DNA from: Octopus sinensis | Taxonomy: Eukaryota | Length of the DNA: 64,000 nucleotides | NCBI RefSeq assembly: GCF_006345805.1 | Contig: NC_042998.1 | Location: 26,164,001-26,228,000 of the forward strand | Reading direction: 5' to 3' | Shown: piece by piece, positions 12,858-26,670 of the stretch | Position numbering within the stretch: position 1 is the first letter of the stretch | Layout of the letters: every line of letters starts with the position of its first letter | Notes under the pieces: generated by a model | Seen by the model: the letters and a program-made list of their open reading frames with translations, nothing else | Databases searched by the model: none | What the model was told of the DNA's origin: nothing | Position numbers and translations under genes: made by a program

Positions 12858-13053
12858 TGGTTTCTATTATTAAGACAGAAACAAAAAAGGCAACAGAAAA
12901 AACAAAATAGCCCCATCCCTCAACAACCTTAAAATGTTGTTGCTAAAACTAGGAACTTGAATGAATGCCAAATGATTTTCAAATTTCTAGTATTTCTGAA
13001 GTCAAATATCACTGCCTCTTAATATTGATTCTTTTCTTCTCTGTCTTCTCCAG

Positions 13054-13148
13054 TTATCATGAGTGGCTTTTAATCATATCCAGTAATGATTATGATCTAT
13101 AATTCATATCTTTATGATGACTTAAAAGCAGTTTTGAGCAATATTAAT
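13054..13148 (+). pseudogene. Candidate exon with in-frame TAA (13071-13073)
   Basis: Strong acceptor cttttcttctctgtcttctccag and donor gtaagg; IMSGF*SYPVMIMIYNSYLYDDLKAVLSNIN, LKAVL vs AMPA-type LQAVL; phase 1 to 0. Confidence 0.42.
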
Positions 13149-13409
13149 GTAAGGAATATAAATCATCATCATCAATAATAATAATAATAATTGATTTTAA
13201 CATAAGCAGAAAGACATGAAATTTTAGGGGGGAAGATTATTCAATTATATCAACCTTCAGAGTTTGATGGATACTTTATTTTATCGACCTCAAAAAGATA
13301 AAAGGCAAAGATGACCTTAGCAGTATTCAAACTCAGAATGTAAACAGTTGGAAGAAATGCTGCTAAGCATTTTGTCCAACTCACTAATTATTCTGCCAAT
13401 TCACTGCCT

Positions 13410-13655
<246 letters not shown>

Positions 13656-14744
13656 AAAAAATTCTAACTGGGCCCCACCTGCAAGATCATGTGCTGTTTA
13701 TCTTGATATGAGATCACCATGTCGTGCACATATGGTTGTGATGCTTGTGCCTGGTGTACCCTTATCAGACGGGTAGTCATGATGGGTATACTGGATTACA
13801 TATATTTTACTCCAGTGTCACTTTGATGGCATACACTGCTCTCTCACTCAATAATAATAATAATAATAATAATAATTATCATGGTTTCAAATTTTGGCAC
13901 AAGGCCAGCAATTTCTGAGAAGGGGTAAGTTGGATATATTGACCCCAATGCTTAACTGGTACTTATTTTATCATCCCTGTAAAGATGAAACGCAAAGTCA
14001 ACTTCTGTACTGGGGCACAAATGTAAATTTACAGGTGTGTCTAACAATTTTAGCTAGTACTTTTGGTTGCATTTTCAAGTTTAGAGGTATAATAGTGCCA
14101 TGGTTATTTCCTTTCTCAATTGAAATCATTTCTCCCGATATGCCCTGAAGTTCTTGTTGTACCACTTGGCATGAGCATTGATGTAGTCTATTTTTGTATT
14201 TTCATAAACAGATTTTTTTTTTTTTCTCTTCACCTTCTGGATTACTCACTGTGGCAAAGAAATACTGTTGTGTGTTACAATATTCTCCCATCTCTATTTT
14301 TCGTTTCTCGTAACAATGATAGACACCCAAAATTTTGTTTATTAATTTAGTGTTGAAAGAAGATTTGTTATCATACAGTGGCCATATGAATGGGCCATAA
14401 AATCTGAAACTGTTTAAGAGTCACTGCTGCTGCTGTTGTTGTTGTTAAGCAACAAGATGGGTAAGGGTGATAAGGTGATGGTCTAGGGCTTAGGGGCAGG
14501 GGACCCCAGACCTTGGAAACAAAAAAAAACTTTGGTCGTCTTGTTGTAGTCGAGGGCTCTTCATTGACGCCCGACACCACTGGGAGGTGGCCCTCGAAGT
14601 CGCTGGAAATGGAGATCTCCAAGTCCAAATTCTTGGCTGGCTGCTGTTGTTGTTGTTGTTGCTATTGTAATTGCTACTATTGATATAGTTCAAATCTATT
14701 TGATTATTTGGGACATTTTCTTCACTTGTTCACCATACCATAAA

Positions 14745-15045
14745 GGCAGTGAGCTGGCACAAGTGTTAGCATGCCGGACTAAATACTAAGAAACAGTTCA
14801 TCCATCCTTGCATTCTGAGTTCAAATTCTGCCAAGGTCGACTTTGCCTTTCATCCTTTTAGGGTCAATAGATTATGTACCAATTGCATACTGGGATCAAT
14901 CTAATTGACTGGCCCCCTCCCCCAAAATTTCAGGCTTTATGCCTAGAGAAGAAAATAATAAAATAAGTACCAGTTGAGTACTAGGACTGATGCAATCAAC
15001 TTGCCCCAACCCTCAAAAATTGCTGGCCTTGTGCCAAATTTTGAA
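14745..15045 (+). mobile_element. SINE family B variant
   Basis: gagctggcacaagtgttagc head, gtcgactttgcctttcatcc body. Confidence 0.7.
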
Positions 15046-15589
15046 ACCAATTGTTCACAATATTTACTGTTTACTTTTTCCTCTTGTATTATTTGTTGTG
15101 TGTTTTGATTTTGTGTTATTTTTCTTTCTTTTTAGCCATTGTAGTGTTTTGTTCTTGTGGTATAATATGATGTCAGGTGAGACATTCTGGGTGGTAAAGT
15201 GTAAAGCCTGTAAATATATATACACATGCACACAAACAAACAAACAGTGTAAATAACAGACAGAGTCAAGACTATTGAAAAGGTTGCAAAACGCAACGAA
15301 AATTTTAAGAAATAAGTGGAAATTTTACCGGTGAGTGTGTTACATTATACGGCACAAAAAGAAAATGACTCTCCCCAGACACAAGAGAATATATTTTAAA
15401 ACTTTCTGAAACAAACCTCTTTTCCTGTTGTCTACCTTGAGGATCAAGGAGAGCCTTTCTAAGGCAATTATTGTACGTTTTACAAGAACTCCAAAGAAAT
15501 TTTCATTTAGTAATACTTGAAATAAAACATTTTCAAGGAAGAATCAAAAAGATATTTTCACATCATAATAGTCAGCAGCAGCAGTTTAA

Positions 15590-16053
15590 TCCTTTCATTA
15601 CTAACCTGGCTGAAACTGGCTCTGGCTCTGTAGTACAAATGTCTTGTTTTCATAAGTTTTGAATTAAAACTTTCCACTAAACCTTAGTCTCAATTTATGT
15701 TCCTAACACTAGCTTAATGATAACTAAGTTATTTTACTAAATTCTTAGTTATATTTAAAATTAATTGAAAGAAACACAGAGCATCTCAACAGAAATATGG
15801 TAACAAAAGGGTTAACAAATGATTAATTTAACCCTTTTGATACCAACCTACCTGAAACTGCCTCTGGCTCTGTAGTACAAATGTCTTGTTTTCGTAAGTT
15901 TTGAATTAAAATCTTCCACCAAACCTTAGTCACAATTTATGTTCCTAAAGCGAGCTAAATGATAACTAAGTTATTTTACCAAATTCTTTATTATATTTAA
16001 AATTAATTGAAAGAAACACATAGCATCTCAAAGTAAATACAGTAATGAAAGGG
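15590..16053 (+). mobile_element. Tandem dimer of TTAA-flanked piggyBac-type MITE (15590-15811, 15832-16053)
   Basis: TTAA-(c/t)cctt ... aaaggg-TTAA ends; two homologous units of about 222 bp. Confidence 0.8.
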
Positions 16054-16084
16054 TCAAGATGCACACAAATGGGTCAAAGGCTGG

Positions 16085-17000
16085 ACATGGTCAAGCAAAG
16101 GTGATTTGAAAGAGAACAAAGAAATCCTTCTGGTAGCTGTTCAATACCAAGCATTCAATACAAACTAACATCTAACATTTAGGAATCTCTAAGAAGGCAA
16201 AAAAAAATCGAGAAAATATAAGCCAATTGGTTAGTGACTGCAAAATGCCAGCCTGGAAAGGATGAAAACTGCCACTATGACAAAAATGTGTTCCTATCTC
16301 TATTGGAATCAGTGCTGAAAATATGGATTTTGTATATCTGTAAAAAGTGGTATCAGCACATGATTCAAATGGGTCTGGAAAATAAAGAATTGTATGGTTG
16401 TTTAACATCCAAATAGACTGAGCCACAGCCAGAAAAATTTGTGTTGTATTTGTAAATGAAAAAAAAAAAAAATAACAAAATAAATGATGTTGCTAAATCT
16501 GGAGACTAAATCTGGAGACCTATTTCTTTATTTCCCACAAGGAGCTAAACATAGAGGGGACAAACAAGGACAGACATAGGTATTAAGTTGATTACATCGA
16601 TCCCAGTGCGTAACTGGTACTTAATTTATTGACCCCGAAAGAATGAAAGGCAAAGTCGACCTCGGCGGAATTTGAACTCAGAACGTAACGACAGACAAAA
16701 TACCGCTAAGCATTTCGCCCAGCGTGCTAACAATTCTGCCAGCTCGCCCCCTTGGAGACTAAATACCAACGACAAATATATTGCCTAAAAAGTATTTGAG
16801 AAAATAGCTAAGTATTCTGAACTATGATTATAAGCTCTTGAGAATGTGGAGAAGGAAGACAAGTGTGATATCAATAATAGTTGCAGCACTTGGTTCCATT
16901 CTCAACATGCTTCCATTCTACATCAAACAACTAAACAAATATCAACACCATACATCTTCATTGCTTACAACTGTATTTTGTATCTGGAAGATCTGATTAG
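16085..17000 (+). mobile_element. Degraded R4/Dong-like (RLE) non-LTR retrotransposon C-terminal region, split by SINE-B 16522-16752
   Basis: KGDLKENKEILLVAVQYQAFNTN, ENISQLVSDC, KWYQH, EKIAKYSEL, MWRRKTSVISIIVAALGSI match CCHC/RLE-region motifs. Confidence 0.7.
16522..16752 (-). mobile_element. SINE family B
   Basis: Near-identical to 12265-12497. Confidence 0.85.
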
Positions 17001-17169
17001 AAGAGATATTATTTTCATTTTCCAATAGTCAACACCTACGCTGTGTATACAAGTAGAAGTAAATAATAATGATAATAACTTTTTTCCATTACAAATGATC
17101 ACTTTTATTCTTTGTTCCTTCTATTATGTACAGTGTAGATGCTACATGTAACAAGAAGAACAACAACAA

Positions 17170-17362
17170 TATCAACAATAATCGTCAAGAAGATAGAAAC
17201 CACACTGTACAATAACTGATGCAGCATCCCTGGGTAACAAGAGATAGAGTGAGAAGGAACAAGGAGTGATTGAGAAATACCTTGATATGAAAAGAGAACT
17301 TGCAAAGTGTGTGGAGCATAAAAAAGTTGAAATTGTGCCAATGGTAGTGAACACACTTGGTA
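17170..17362 (+). mobile_element. Second R4/Dong-like RLE fragment
   Basis: SIPG..IEKYLDMKRELAKCVEHKKVEIVPMVVNTLG. Confidence 0.7.
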
Positions 17363-17394
17363 AAAAAAAAAAAAACACATACAAAGAAAATGAA

Positions 17395-17770
17395 GATGGA
17401 GAAAAAAGCACCATCCGTTCGTGGCCGTTGCCAGCGCCGCCCCGACTGGCCTCTATGCCGGCGGCACGTAAAAGCACCATCCGTTCGTGTCCATTGCCAG
17501 CCTCGCCTGGCCCCCGTGCCGGTGGCACGTAAAAGCACCATCCGTTCGTGGCCGTTTGCCAGCTCCATCTGGCACCTGTGCGGGTGGCACGTAAAAAGCA
17601 CCCACTACACTCACGGAGTGGTTGGCGTTAGGAAGGGCATCCAGCCGTAGAAACACTGCCAGATCAGACTGGGCCTGATGCAGCCTTCTGGCTTCACAGA
17701 CCCCAGTTGAACCGTCCAACCCATGCTAGCATGGAAAACGGACGCTAAATGATGATGATGATGATGATGA
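17395..17770 (+). mobile_element. RTE LINE 3' UTR with tandem units of about 60-nt
   Basis: Near-identical to 35980-36248; (gat)n tail. Confidence 0.85.
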
Positions 17771-18324
17771 TCTATTACAAACAAATTACATCACTAAGAA
17801 TCACATGGATCCTAAAAAAGGATGAAAATTGCTGCTCTGGTCATTCGTCATAACTCAATCACTGTATGGTAAAAACAACACAAGAAATATAATGTACCAT
17901 GTTTGACTATCTTCAATTTGAATTCACTTCAAGTTTTACTGTCTGGTCTAAGAATCTGTTACTCAATACTTCATTCCTTAACATGATGTAACTACAATAA
18001 TGAGAAATAAAATCTTGTATGTTTGACCTTTATCAATTCCATTGTTTAGCTTAGAATATTGTGTTTTGAAATTGAATTTTCTAGGATACCTTATTTTTCT
18101 TTTAAATGCATTATGTCAGAACATAATGAATCCCTTACCATCTCCTTCATTTCTTGACATGTTGCTTCCTACCTGACCCCTTCCTATCTCTCACTGCTAT
18201 TCATTGTTCATTCTTTATACTTTTTCCAAGCTTTTATTAAATAAAGCGTTAGTCTATTGAGATCAGCTAAATTTTGTATTCTAAGATTTCACTAGCAGCT
18301 CAAAACTTGTTTCAAGTTAGCAGA

Positions 18325-18369
18325 TATATATATATATATTATATATTATATATATTATATATAATATAC

Positions 18370-18402
<33 letters not shown>

Positions 18403-18406
18403 TATA

Positions 18407-18501
<95 letters not shown>

Positions 18502-18529
18502 GTATATATTATATATATATATATATATA

Positions 18530-18560
<31 letters not shown>

Positions 18561-18703
18561 CACATGATAGTATTGAACAGGGAGAATGAGTGCTCAACAC
18601 ACATTGGTGATGAGCACTTAAATAAGAAACATGCTGAATTACATGTATAGTATATAATATGCATATGCCTGTAATATATCATGTGTGTGTGTGTATGTAT
18701 ATA

Positions 18704-18738
<35 letters not shown>

Positions 18739-18860
18739 GCATATGTATGTATGTATATATACATATACATAAATATATATATGCATGATATAATACATAC
18801 ATATATATGATATATGAACTATATAATATATATATATATATATATCATAAAATATGTGTA
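18325..18860. repeat. (TA)n/(TATG)n microsatellite field
   Basis: Direct observation. Confidence 0.9.
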
Positions 18861-20214
18861 TACAATATGAAATGTTCACATTATGTACCATAACCGTGTG
18901 GCTATGTGTACGCGTGCACTAATATATGAAGCTACATATAATAAAGAACCTCAATTTGAAATAAATCTCATACTGAAATCAAATAAATAAGACTGTACAC
19001 ATGTTATTGTTGCATTTATCTATCTATCTGCAGCAGTATAATGCAATTAACAATTTGCATCAACTTATTAAATAAATAATCACAAATATATTAGAAATTT
19101 AATCTTCAAGAAAATAAAGCTTTGATCGGATTAGGTTCTCACTAAATAATATACTGTTTATTGATTTTAAAATGAAATTAAAAATTCCTTGACAACCATA
19201 TTATAATTATCAACATATATGCCTATTTAAAATTATTTTCTAAAAAATAAAGCATTTGGAAATAATGAATGTTTTCAAAAATTAGAGATTACATGGACTT
19301 TTATGTTTACAATCAAATTATATAACATGTACGTCTATAAAGAGAAAAATCTAATTAGTGTTGGAAAAACGTCAAGAATTATGCATTATTGAAAATGAAA
19401 ATTTTGTGGATTAGAAAATTTGTTTAGAAATAATATGGGAAAATAATTAAATGGAAGAAAAATTCGAAATAATCGGAGATGTTGCATGTATATCTAAATA
19501 ATTTCTATTGAACTATGCTGAAGTTTTCTTGAATTGAGAGAAGAAATAAAAATCTAGTTATTTATTTATAAACTATTTTAATATAGAAATTTATAACGCC
19601 TTGTAATTTGATATTAAATATGATGTGATACTACATAAAATGTTCTTTGATAAACAAATCAAAAAGAAGCTAGTGTGTTTAACATATTTAAGCAATCAGT
19701 AAATAGAACATATTTATGAAAACACGTTCTGCTATATAATAGTTGTTCAAATATTTATTTATCGGCTCATCTCCATTTAAATGGCAGCATTTGCTTTATG
19801 CAACACACTGAGAATGATACATTGTACTGTGAAGTGGGGCATATAGGAAGGAAATAAGCAGCATAGTAATATTCTGAAGAGACATGTGTTACTGCTATAC
19901 ACATTGACATCTAGTTGTTGATGTTGTTTTCTGTTATTATTATTTAGCCCCGAGTCAGGCTTGGTCCAGCAGACCAGCAACTAATATGATCAAAAGCATT
20001 CTATCCTTGACTTTCCCCTCACAATTTTCTCCTTTTTTTTTCCAAGCATAGTGCATCTAAAACTATATTACTCAATGTCGCTTTCTCCCACTCCCCTATT
20101 TTATTTATTCGTTCATTTATTTATTTTTAAGTAGCTAAAGTGTGATTTGTTGACAAATAGGCTGCTATTTCTAGCAGATTTTGATCAACTATATAAAAAC
20201 TTCCTTGTTAACAT

Positions 20215-20589
20215 TTATATATATATATTATATATATGTGTGTGTGTGGGGGGTGTATATATATATGCATGTAAAATATATGTGTATGTATATATAAATA
20301 TACATATATGTATAATATATATACACATATATGCATATACATATGATATATATATATATGTGTGTGTGTGCGTGTGTGTGTATGTATATATATACAACCC
20401 ATATATGCATGTATATATACATATAGATGTAGGTATGTACATATATGTATGTATATATGCATATGTTTCATTTATTATTTTGTTATTATATATATACAAT
20501 ATGAATATAAAATATACATACATGTGTATATATAAATATACATATATATGTATGCATATATAAATATACATATATGTATACTCTATGTG

Positions 20590-20634
<45 letters not shown>

Positions 20635-20846
20635 GTATATCTTTAAGAATGGAGATGAATGATGCCTGCCTACCTCTAGTTCCTATCACAATAAACCAAC
20701 CTCAAATACAAATGAAAGTTATTTCATGATATACACCTAGTAACTAAGATTCTGAGAAAATATTTGCAAAATAACTAAATAAGTAAATAGATAGATAAAT
20801 AAAACAAAAAAAATCAAAGAAACAAAAACAAAACAACAACAATGGA

Positions 20847-20877
<31 letters not shown>

Positions 20878-20880
20878 TTA

Positions 20881-20931
<51 letters not shown>

Positions 20932-21289
20932 GAGCATAACAACAAAAACAGAGAATAAGTATTATTGGACTAGACTAACATTGGCTATGATTAAGCATCA
21001 GTGAATGTCTTTCTTCCCCTTATACATTTCCTCTTCCTAAACATTCCTTTTGTATTTATTGCTGCAATTACTATCAACAATCTCCATCACCATCATCATC
21101 ATCATCACCACCACACCACCACCACTGCAGTCATCATCCTCATCATCATCATCGTCATAATCATCATCATCATCCTCATCATCATCATCCTCGTCACCAT
21201 CGCCATCTTATTTGTTGATGTCAGCATTGTTCTTTAGATCATCATAATCAGCATCAGCATCATCATCACCGTCATTATTATTATTATTA

Positions 21290-21385
<96 letters not shown>

Positions 21386-21396
21386 CATCGTCATCA

Positions 21397-21427
<31 letters not shown>

Positions 21428-21517
21428 CATCATCATCATCACCATCATCATTATTATTATTATTATTATTATTTTTTATTATTATTATCATCATCATCAT
21501 CATCACCATCAATACCA

Positions 21518-21560
<43 letters not shown>

Positions 21561-21583
21561 CATCATCATCACCATCATCACCA

Positions 21584-21638
<55 letters not shown>

Positions 21639-21655
21639 CATTAGTATTATTATTT
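20215..21655. repeat. Cluster of TA/TG, (TAA)n, (CAT)n and (TTA)n microsatellites
   Basis: Direct observation; interspersed with short unique stretches. Confidence 0.85.
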
Positions 21656-22347
21656 TCATGCTGACAAATGTCACATGAGTCATTTTTATATTCTTCTTTC
21701 ATTCGCATTCTATTTTACACTCAGGTCTCAGCAATATTATTAATAAAAATTTATCTTATCCACATCTAACCAAAAGCCTTTGATTTTTATACATTTCTCT
21801 ATGTATATTTAGTTAGCATTATATACAATAGTAATTAAAAAAAAAAAAGCAAGAAATTTATGCTGAGTGTGTATGGATATAGAAATATTCATAATCAGCC
21901 TGTACCTAAGAATGAGCAGTATAAGATTAGTTTTCCTTTTGTACAGCCTATATAAGTAACTATGAATCTCCGTTAAAATACTAAGACGAGCAATCTAATT
22001 ATATTCTATATATTTCTCTCTGTAATATAATATTGATTTCTTATTCAGGCAGGAGGCCAATTTTTGTGAAAGAGAGAAAGGGGAAAGAGAGAGAGAGAGA
22101 GAGAGAGAAAGAAAGAGCGGGTGAAGGGGAAAGAGAGAAGACTATTGACTGGAATCAACTCTAATGCATTGCTGATGTTTATGCTGACTTTATTGAACCT
22201 GCAGAGATGAAAGACAAAGTTTAGCCAGGCAGGATTTGAATTCAGAACCTTGGTGAACAAAACTAAACATTGTAACGCATTTAATTTAACATGTCCTTTT
22301 CTCATCCAATACTACAAATTTATCTATCTATCTAAATCTGTTTATTC

Positions 22348-22417
<70 letters not shown>

Positions 22418-22497
22418 TTATCTGTCTGCCTAACAGTGTCTGTCTATCTATCAGTCAATCTATCTATCTACCAACCTACCTACCTATTTATTTATCT

Positions 22498-22712
22498 AAG
22501 GCGGCAAGCTGGCAGAAACATTAGCATCCTAGGAAAAATTCTTAGTGGTATTTTGTCTGTCTTTATGTTCTGCGTTCAAATTCCACCAAGGTCAACTTCG
22601 CTTTTCATCCTTCCAGGGTCGATAAATAAAGTACCAGTTGCATACTGGTGTCAATCTAATTGACTGGTCCCCCTCTCCCGAAATTTCCAGCCTTGTGCCT
22701 AGAGTATAAAAA
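22498..22712 (+). mobile_element. SINE family B variant between (TATC)n arrays
   Basis: aaggcggcaagctggcagaaac head. Confidence 0.75.
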
Positions 22713-22831
<119 letters not shown>

Positions 22832-22837
22832 CATTAT

Positions 22838-22953
22838 GATCAGACTGGAGCCTGGTGCAGCCCCTGGCTCCCCAGACCCCGGTCGAACCGTCCAACCCTT
22901 GCTAGCGCGGGAAACGGACGTTAAACGATGATGAGAATGATGATGATGATGAA
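22838..22953 (+). mobile_element. RTE 3' end fragment
   Basis: gatcagactggagcctgg..(gat)n. Confidence 0.8.
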
Positions 22954-23109
22954 TTATATGTAATAAAATATATGTATATATCATCTCTCTCTCTCCTCTC
23001 TCTCTCTCCTCTATATATATACTATATATAATATATATATATAATATATATATATATGTATGTTTATATATGTATGTATGTATATATATGGTATATATAT
23101 ATGTATGTA

Positions 23110-23605
23110 TGCGAAATGTTAGTACGCCAGGTGAAATGCTTAGCAGTATTTTGTCTGCCGCTACATTCTGAGTTCAAATTCCACCGAGGTTGACTTTGCC
23201 TTTCATCCTTTCGAGGTCGATTAAATAAGCACCAGTCACGCACTGGAGTCAATGTAATCGACTTAATCCCTTTGTCTGTCCTTGTTTGTCCCCTCTATGT
23301 TTAGCCCCTTGTCGGTAGTAAAGAAATAGGTATTTTGTCTTCCGCTACATACTAGGTTCAAATTCCGCCGAGGTCGACTTTGCCTTTCATCCATTTGGGA
23401 TCGATAAATTAAGTACCAGTCATGCACTGGGGTTGACGTAATCGACTTAATCCCTTTGTCTGTCCTTGTTTGTCCCTTCTATGTTTAGCCCCTTGTGGGC
23501 AATAAAGAATTAACAATATGTACCAGTTGTGTACTGGGGTCAATATAAGTGAGTAGCCACCCACTCTACTCCAAACTAACTGACCTTGTGCCTAAATCTG
23601 AAATC
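23110..23605 (+). mobile_element. SINE family B with tandem subunits
   Basis: Repeated gttcaaattcc..agccccttgt..aaagaaataggtat unit. Confidence 0.8.
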
Positions 23606-24016
23606 AATATCGCTCCCTCGACGCCCGCGTCTGCCCGCCTCTTCACGCTCGCAATCGGTTCGTCCTCCCGCAATCAAACCGCTTCTCGTTACCGCGTTTG
23701 TAAGTCAACAAACATAACTGCAGTCTAATGACCGAAACCAGTAAAATCTATCTCTTTATGTCTGTTTATGTTATGTGTGAGTGTGAGAAGTCTGGCTTCC
23801 TACAAGATAAAAATATAATATTCACGATATGAACCATTAACAATCATCACACAATAGACCAACAACAATTATGAATTACCACTTAAAACATCTATCATTA
23901 GGCAGCCACTATATATTTTGAATTCTTTTTTTTTTAATCAAATGTGAATGAAAAAAAAATGAAAATCTAAATATTCATTAACAATATACATTACTATTTT
24001 TATTAATGCCATTTAG

Positions 24017-24115
24017 CAAACAATAGCGAGATGAAGTCTGAAGCCAAGTTTCTGTGAGTTGTCTATTGGAAATTCATAAATAATGTCTTCACATGTTTAT
24101 ATGTGTCTACAGAAA
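24017..24115 (+). pseudogene. Weak candidate exon (two stops)
   Basis: gccatttag|QTIAR*SLKPSFCELSIGNS*IMSSHVYMCLQK|gtatca, phase 0 to 0; an alternative gtgagt donor lies at 24054. Confidence 0.2.
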
Positions 24116-24177
24116 GTATCAATAAATATGGCTTGCATGAAGGACAACCCAATATAAGGAAATTGGATACTATACTC

Positions 24178-24855
24178 TTTTACTCTCTTTTACTCTCTTT
24201 TACTAGTTTCAGTCATTTGACTGCGGCCATGCTGGAGCAATGCCTTTAGTCGAGCAAATCGACCCCAGGACTTATTCTTTGTAAGCCTAGTACTTATTCT
24301 ATCGGTCACTCTTACCGAACCGCTAAGTTACAGAGACCTAAATACACCAGCATCGGTTGTCAAGCAATGTTGGGGGAACAAACACAGACACAAACATACA
24401 TGCACACATACACATATATATACATATATACGACGGGCTTCTTTCAGTTTCCGTCTACCAAATCCACTCACAAGGCTTTGGTCGGCCCGAGGCTATAGTA
24501 GAAGACATTTGCCCAAAGTGCCACGCAGTGGGACTGAACCCAGAACCATGTGGTTGGTAGGCAAGCTACTTACCACACAGCCACTCCTACGCCTTTTTAT
24601 TCTTTTGTTCTTTTACTTGTTTCAGTTATTAGACTGTGGTCATGCTGGAGCACTGCCTTGAAGAATTCTTAGTCGAATGAATCGATTTCGGTACTTAATT
24701 TCTTTTAGGCCTGGTATGTATTCTATCAGTCACTTTTGTCTGACCGCTAAGTAACGGGGGACGTAAACTCACTGACATTAGTTGTCAAGAAGTGGTGAGG
24801 GACAGTGACACACATTCATATACACACATGCACACAAACACACACACACACATAT
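24178..24855 (-). mobile_element. Two SINE family A copies (24178-24593 full, about 24600-24855 partial)
   Basis: Match family A. Confidence 0.8.
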
Positions 24856-24929
24856 AAGAATTTTTTGCATAATGAGATAAAAAACCAAGGCTGTGTAGAT
24901 ATTAGAACATTTATAGATCAGTGTCACTG

Positions 24930-25198
24930 GAGTGGATCCTGTGCAGGTGGCACATGAAAAGCACCATTTGAGTGAGGCTACTGCCAGTACCGCCTGACTG
25001 GCCCTCGTGCCAGTGGCACATAAAAGTACCCATTACACTCTCGGAGTGGTTGGCGTTAGGAAAGGCATCCAGCTGTAGAAACTCTGCCAGATCAGATTGG
25101 CGTCTGGTGCAGCCATCTGGTTCGCCAGACCTCAGTCAAATCGTCCAACCCATGCTAGCGTGGAAAGCAGACATTAAACGATGATGATGATGATGATG
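24930..25198 (+). mobile_element. RTE 3' UTR fragment
   Basis: Conserved ggcatccagctgtagaaactctgccagatc and (gat)n. Confidence 0.8.
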
Positions 25199-25808
25199 AA
25201 TTAATAAAAAAACTGGAGAAAAACACAAGAACAACAATGCAAGCTTGTGGCACATGCAAAGTATTAGCAAGATGCTCAGGGAAGGAAAGAAAGGGTGCTT
25301 TACATTTCAAGCAAAGCTCTCCTTCAGTAACATGAGACAGGGGAAAGTCCAAAAGAAAAGGAAGATGGAGGTAAAAAAAAATCACCAACAATCCACTGGT
25401 AGTTACAAGGTTTCTTTCACATTCTGTCTACCAAACCCACTCAAGGCTTTAGTCAGCTGAAGGCTATAATAGAAGACATTTGTCCAAGGTGTCATTCAGT
25501 GGAGTGAACCTGGGACCATGTGGTTGGGCAGTAAGCGTCTTACCACAGAGCGATGCCTTTTTAAAATATTTTTCTTTATTTATTTTTTGTTGTTTGATCA
25601 CAGTTGAAGGGAAATGGCCATGATCATCACAACCATTTCCAGACTGAAAATAGTGAAGCAGTTCATTTTCAGCTTGAACATTGGCTTTAGGATAAAGTCC
25701 ATAATGAATTCTGTTATTTACATGTGGGCTTGAACCTCTGCTGCTTTCTCTCTTTGATTGTGTTAAAAAAATTACTTTTAACGATGTTGGACTTGCTTTG
25801 ACAGTTAA

Positions 25809-26032
25809 CCCCTTAGTATTCAGATTTTCCTGTTTGATGTTAGAATTATTCATTTACATTGTTTTAAATTAATCATGGATTGTCTTGTAGCTTCAAGATT
25901 TTGATGATGTAATTACTTATTTCTTGAATGATATTGTAGGGTAGGTGCGAGAAGCCAGATCAGGCTTGTTCAAGAATAAAAAAACAAAGGAGAATATTTG
26001 GGCTGGACATGGCTGGTTTAAATACTAAAGGG
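25809..26032. mobile_element. TTAA-flanked MITE, second family (decayed relative near 29062-29255)
   Basis: TTAA-ccccttagtatt ... aatactaaaggg-TTAA. Confidence 0.75.
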
Positions 26033-26039
26033 TTAAACT

Positions 26040-26670
26040 TCATCCCTGTCTGGTCACCAGACCATAGCTTTCTTGTCTCTGTTTTACAAATACTTTCATG
26101 GTTTTTATTCTATGAAATATCCGTCTCTTGATTCTCTTCTTAAGATTACTAAATAAATGAGTTGTCTTTCTTATTTTTTTACTGCCCACAAGGGGCTAAA
26201 CATAGAGGGGACTAACAAGGACAGACAAAAGGGATTAAGTCGATTACATCGACCCCAGTGCGTAACTGGTACTTAATTTATCGACCCCTAAAGGATAAAA
26301 AGCAAAGTCAACTTTGGCGGAATTTGAACTCAGAAACGTAAAGACAGATGAAATACAGTTAAAGCATTTTGGCAATGCTCAATCCTTTCACCACCCATGA
26401 AATAAACAAGTTGTTTTCCCTCCTCTTGTAAAAAGACTTTCTACTCCAGCACATTTTTTTTCCTCGAGCATCTGCCTTATGGAACTCTCTTCCTCTATGT
26501 TTCCCAAATGGATATAATCTTAATTCTTTTAAATCTTGTGTTGATGGCTTTATGATTTTGAGGCTGCTTCTTGAGAAATTCTCATAAGGTTTAGATCTGC
26601 TTTTATTGCTGCCAGTTACTTAGCCCCTAATTGGGGATAACTGCCAAAACATAAATAAATAAATAAATGA
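26040..26670 (+). mobile_element. CR1-like LINE 3' end split by SINE-B (about 26170-26372, minus)
   Basis: LSLFYKYFHG and FPRASALWNSLP..FPNGYNLNSFKS motifs; (taaa)n tail. Confidence 0.7.
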
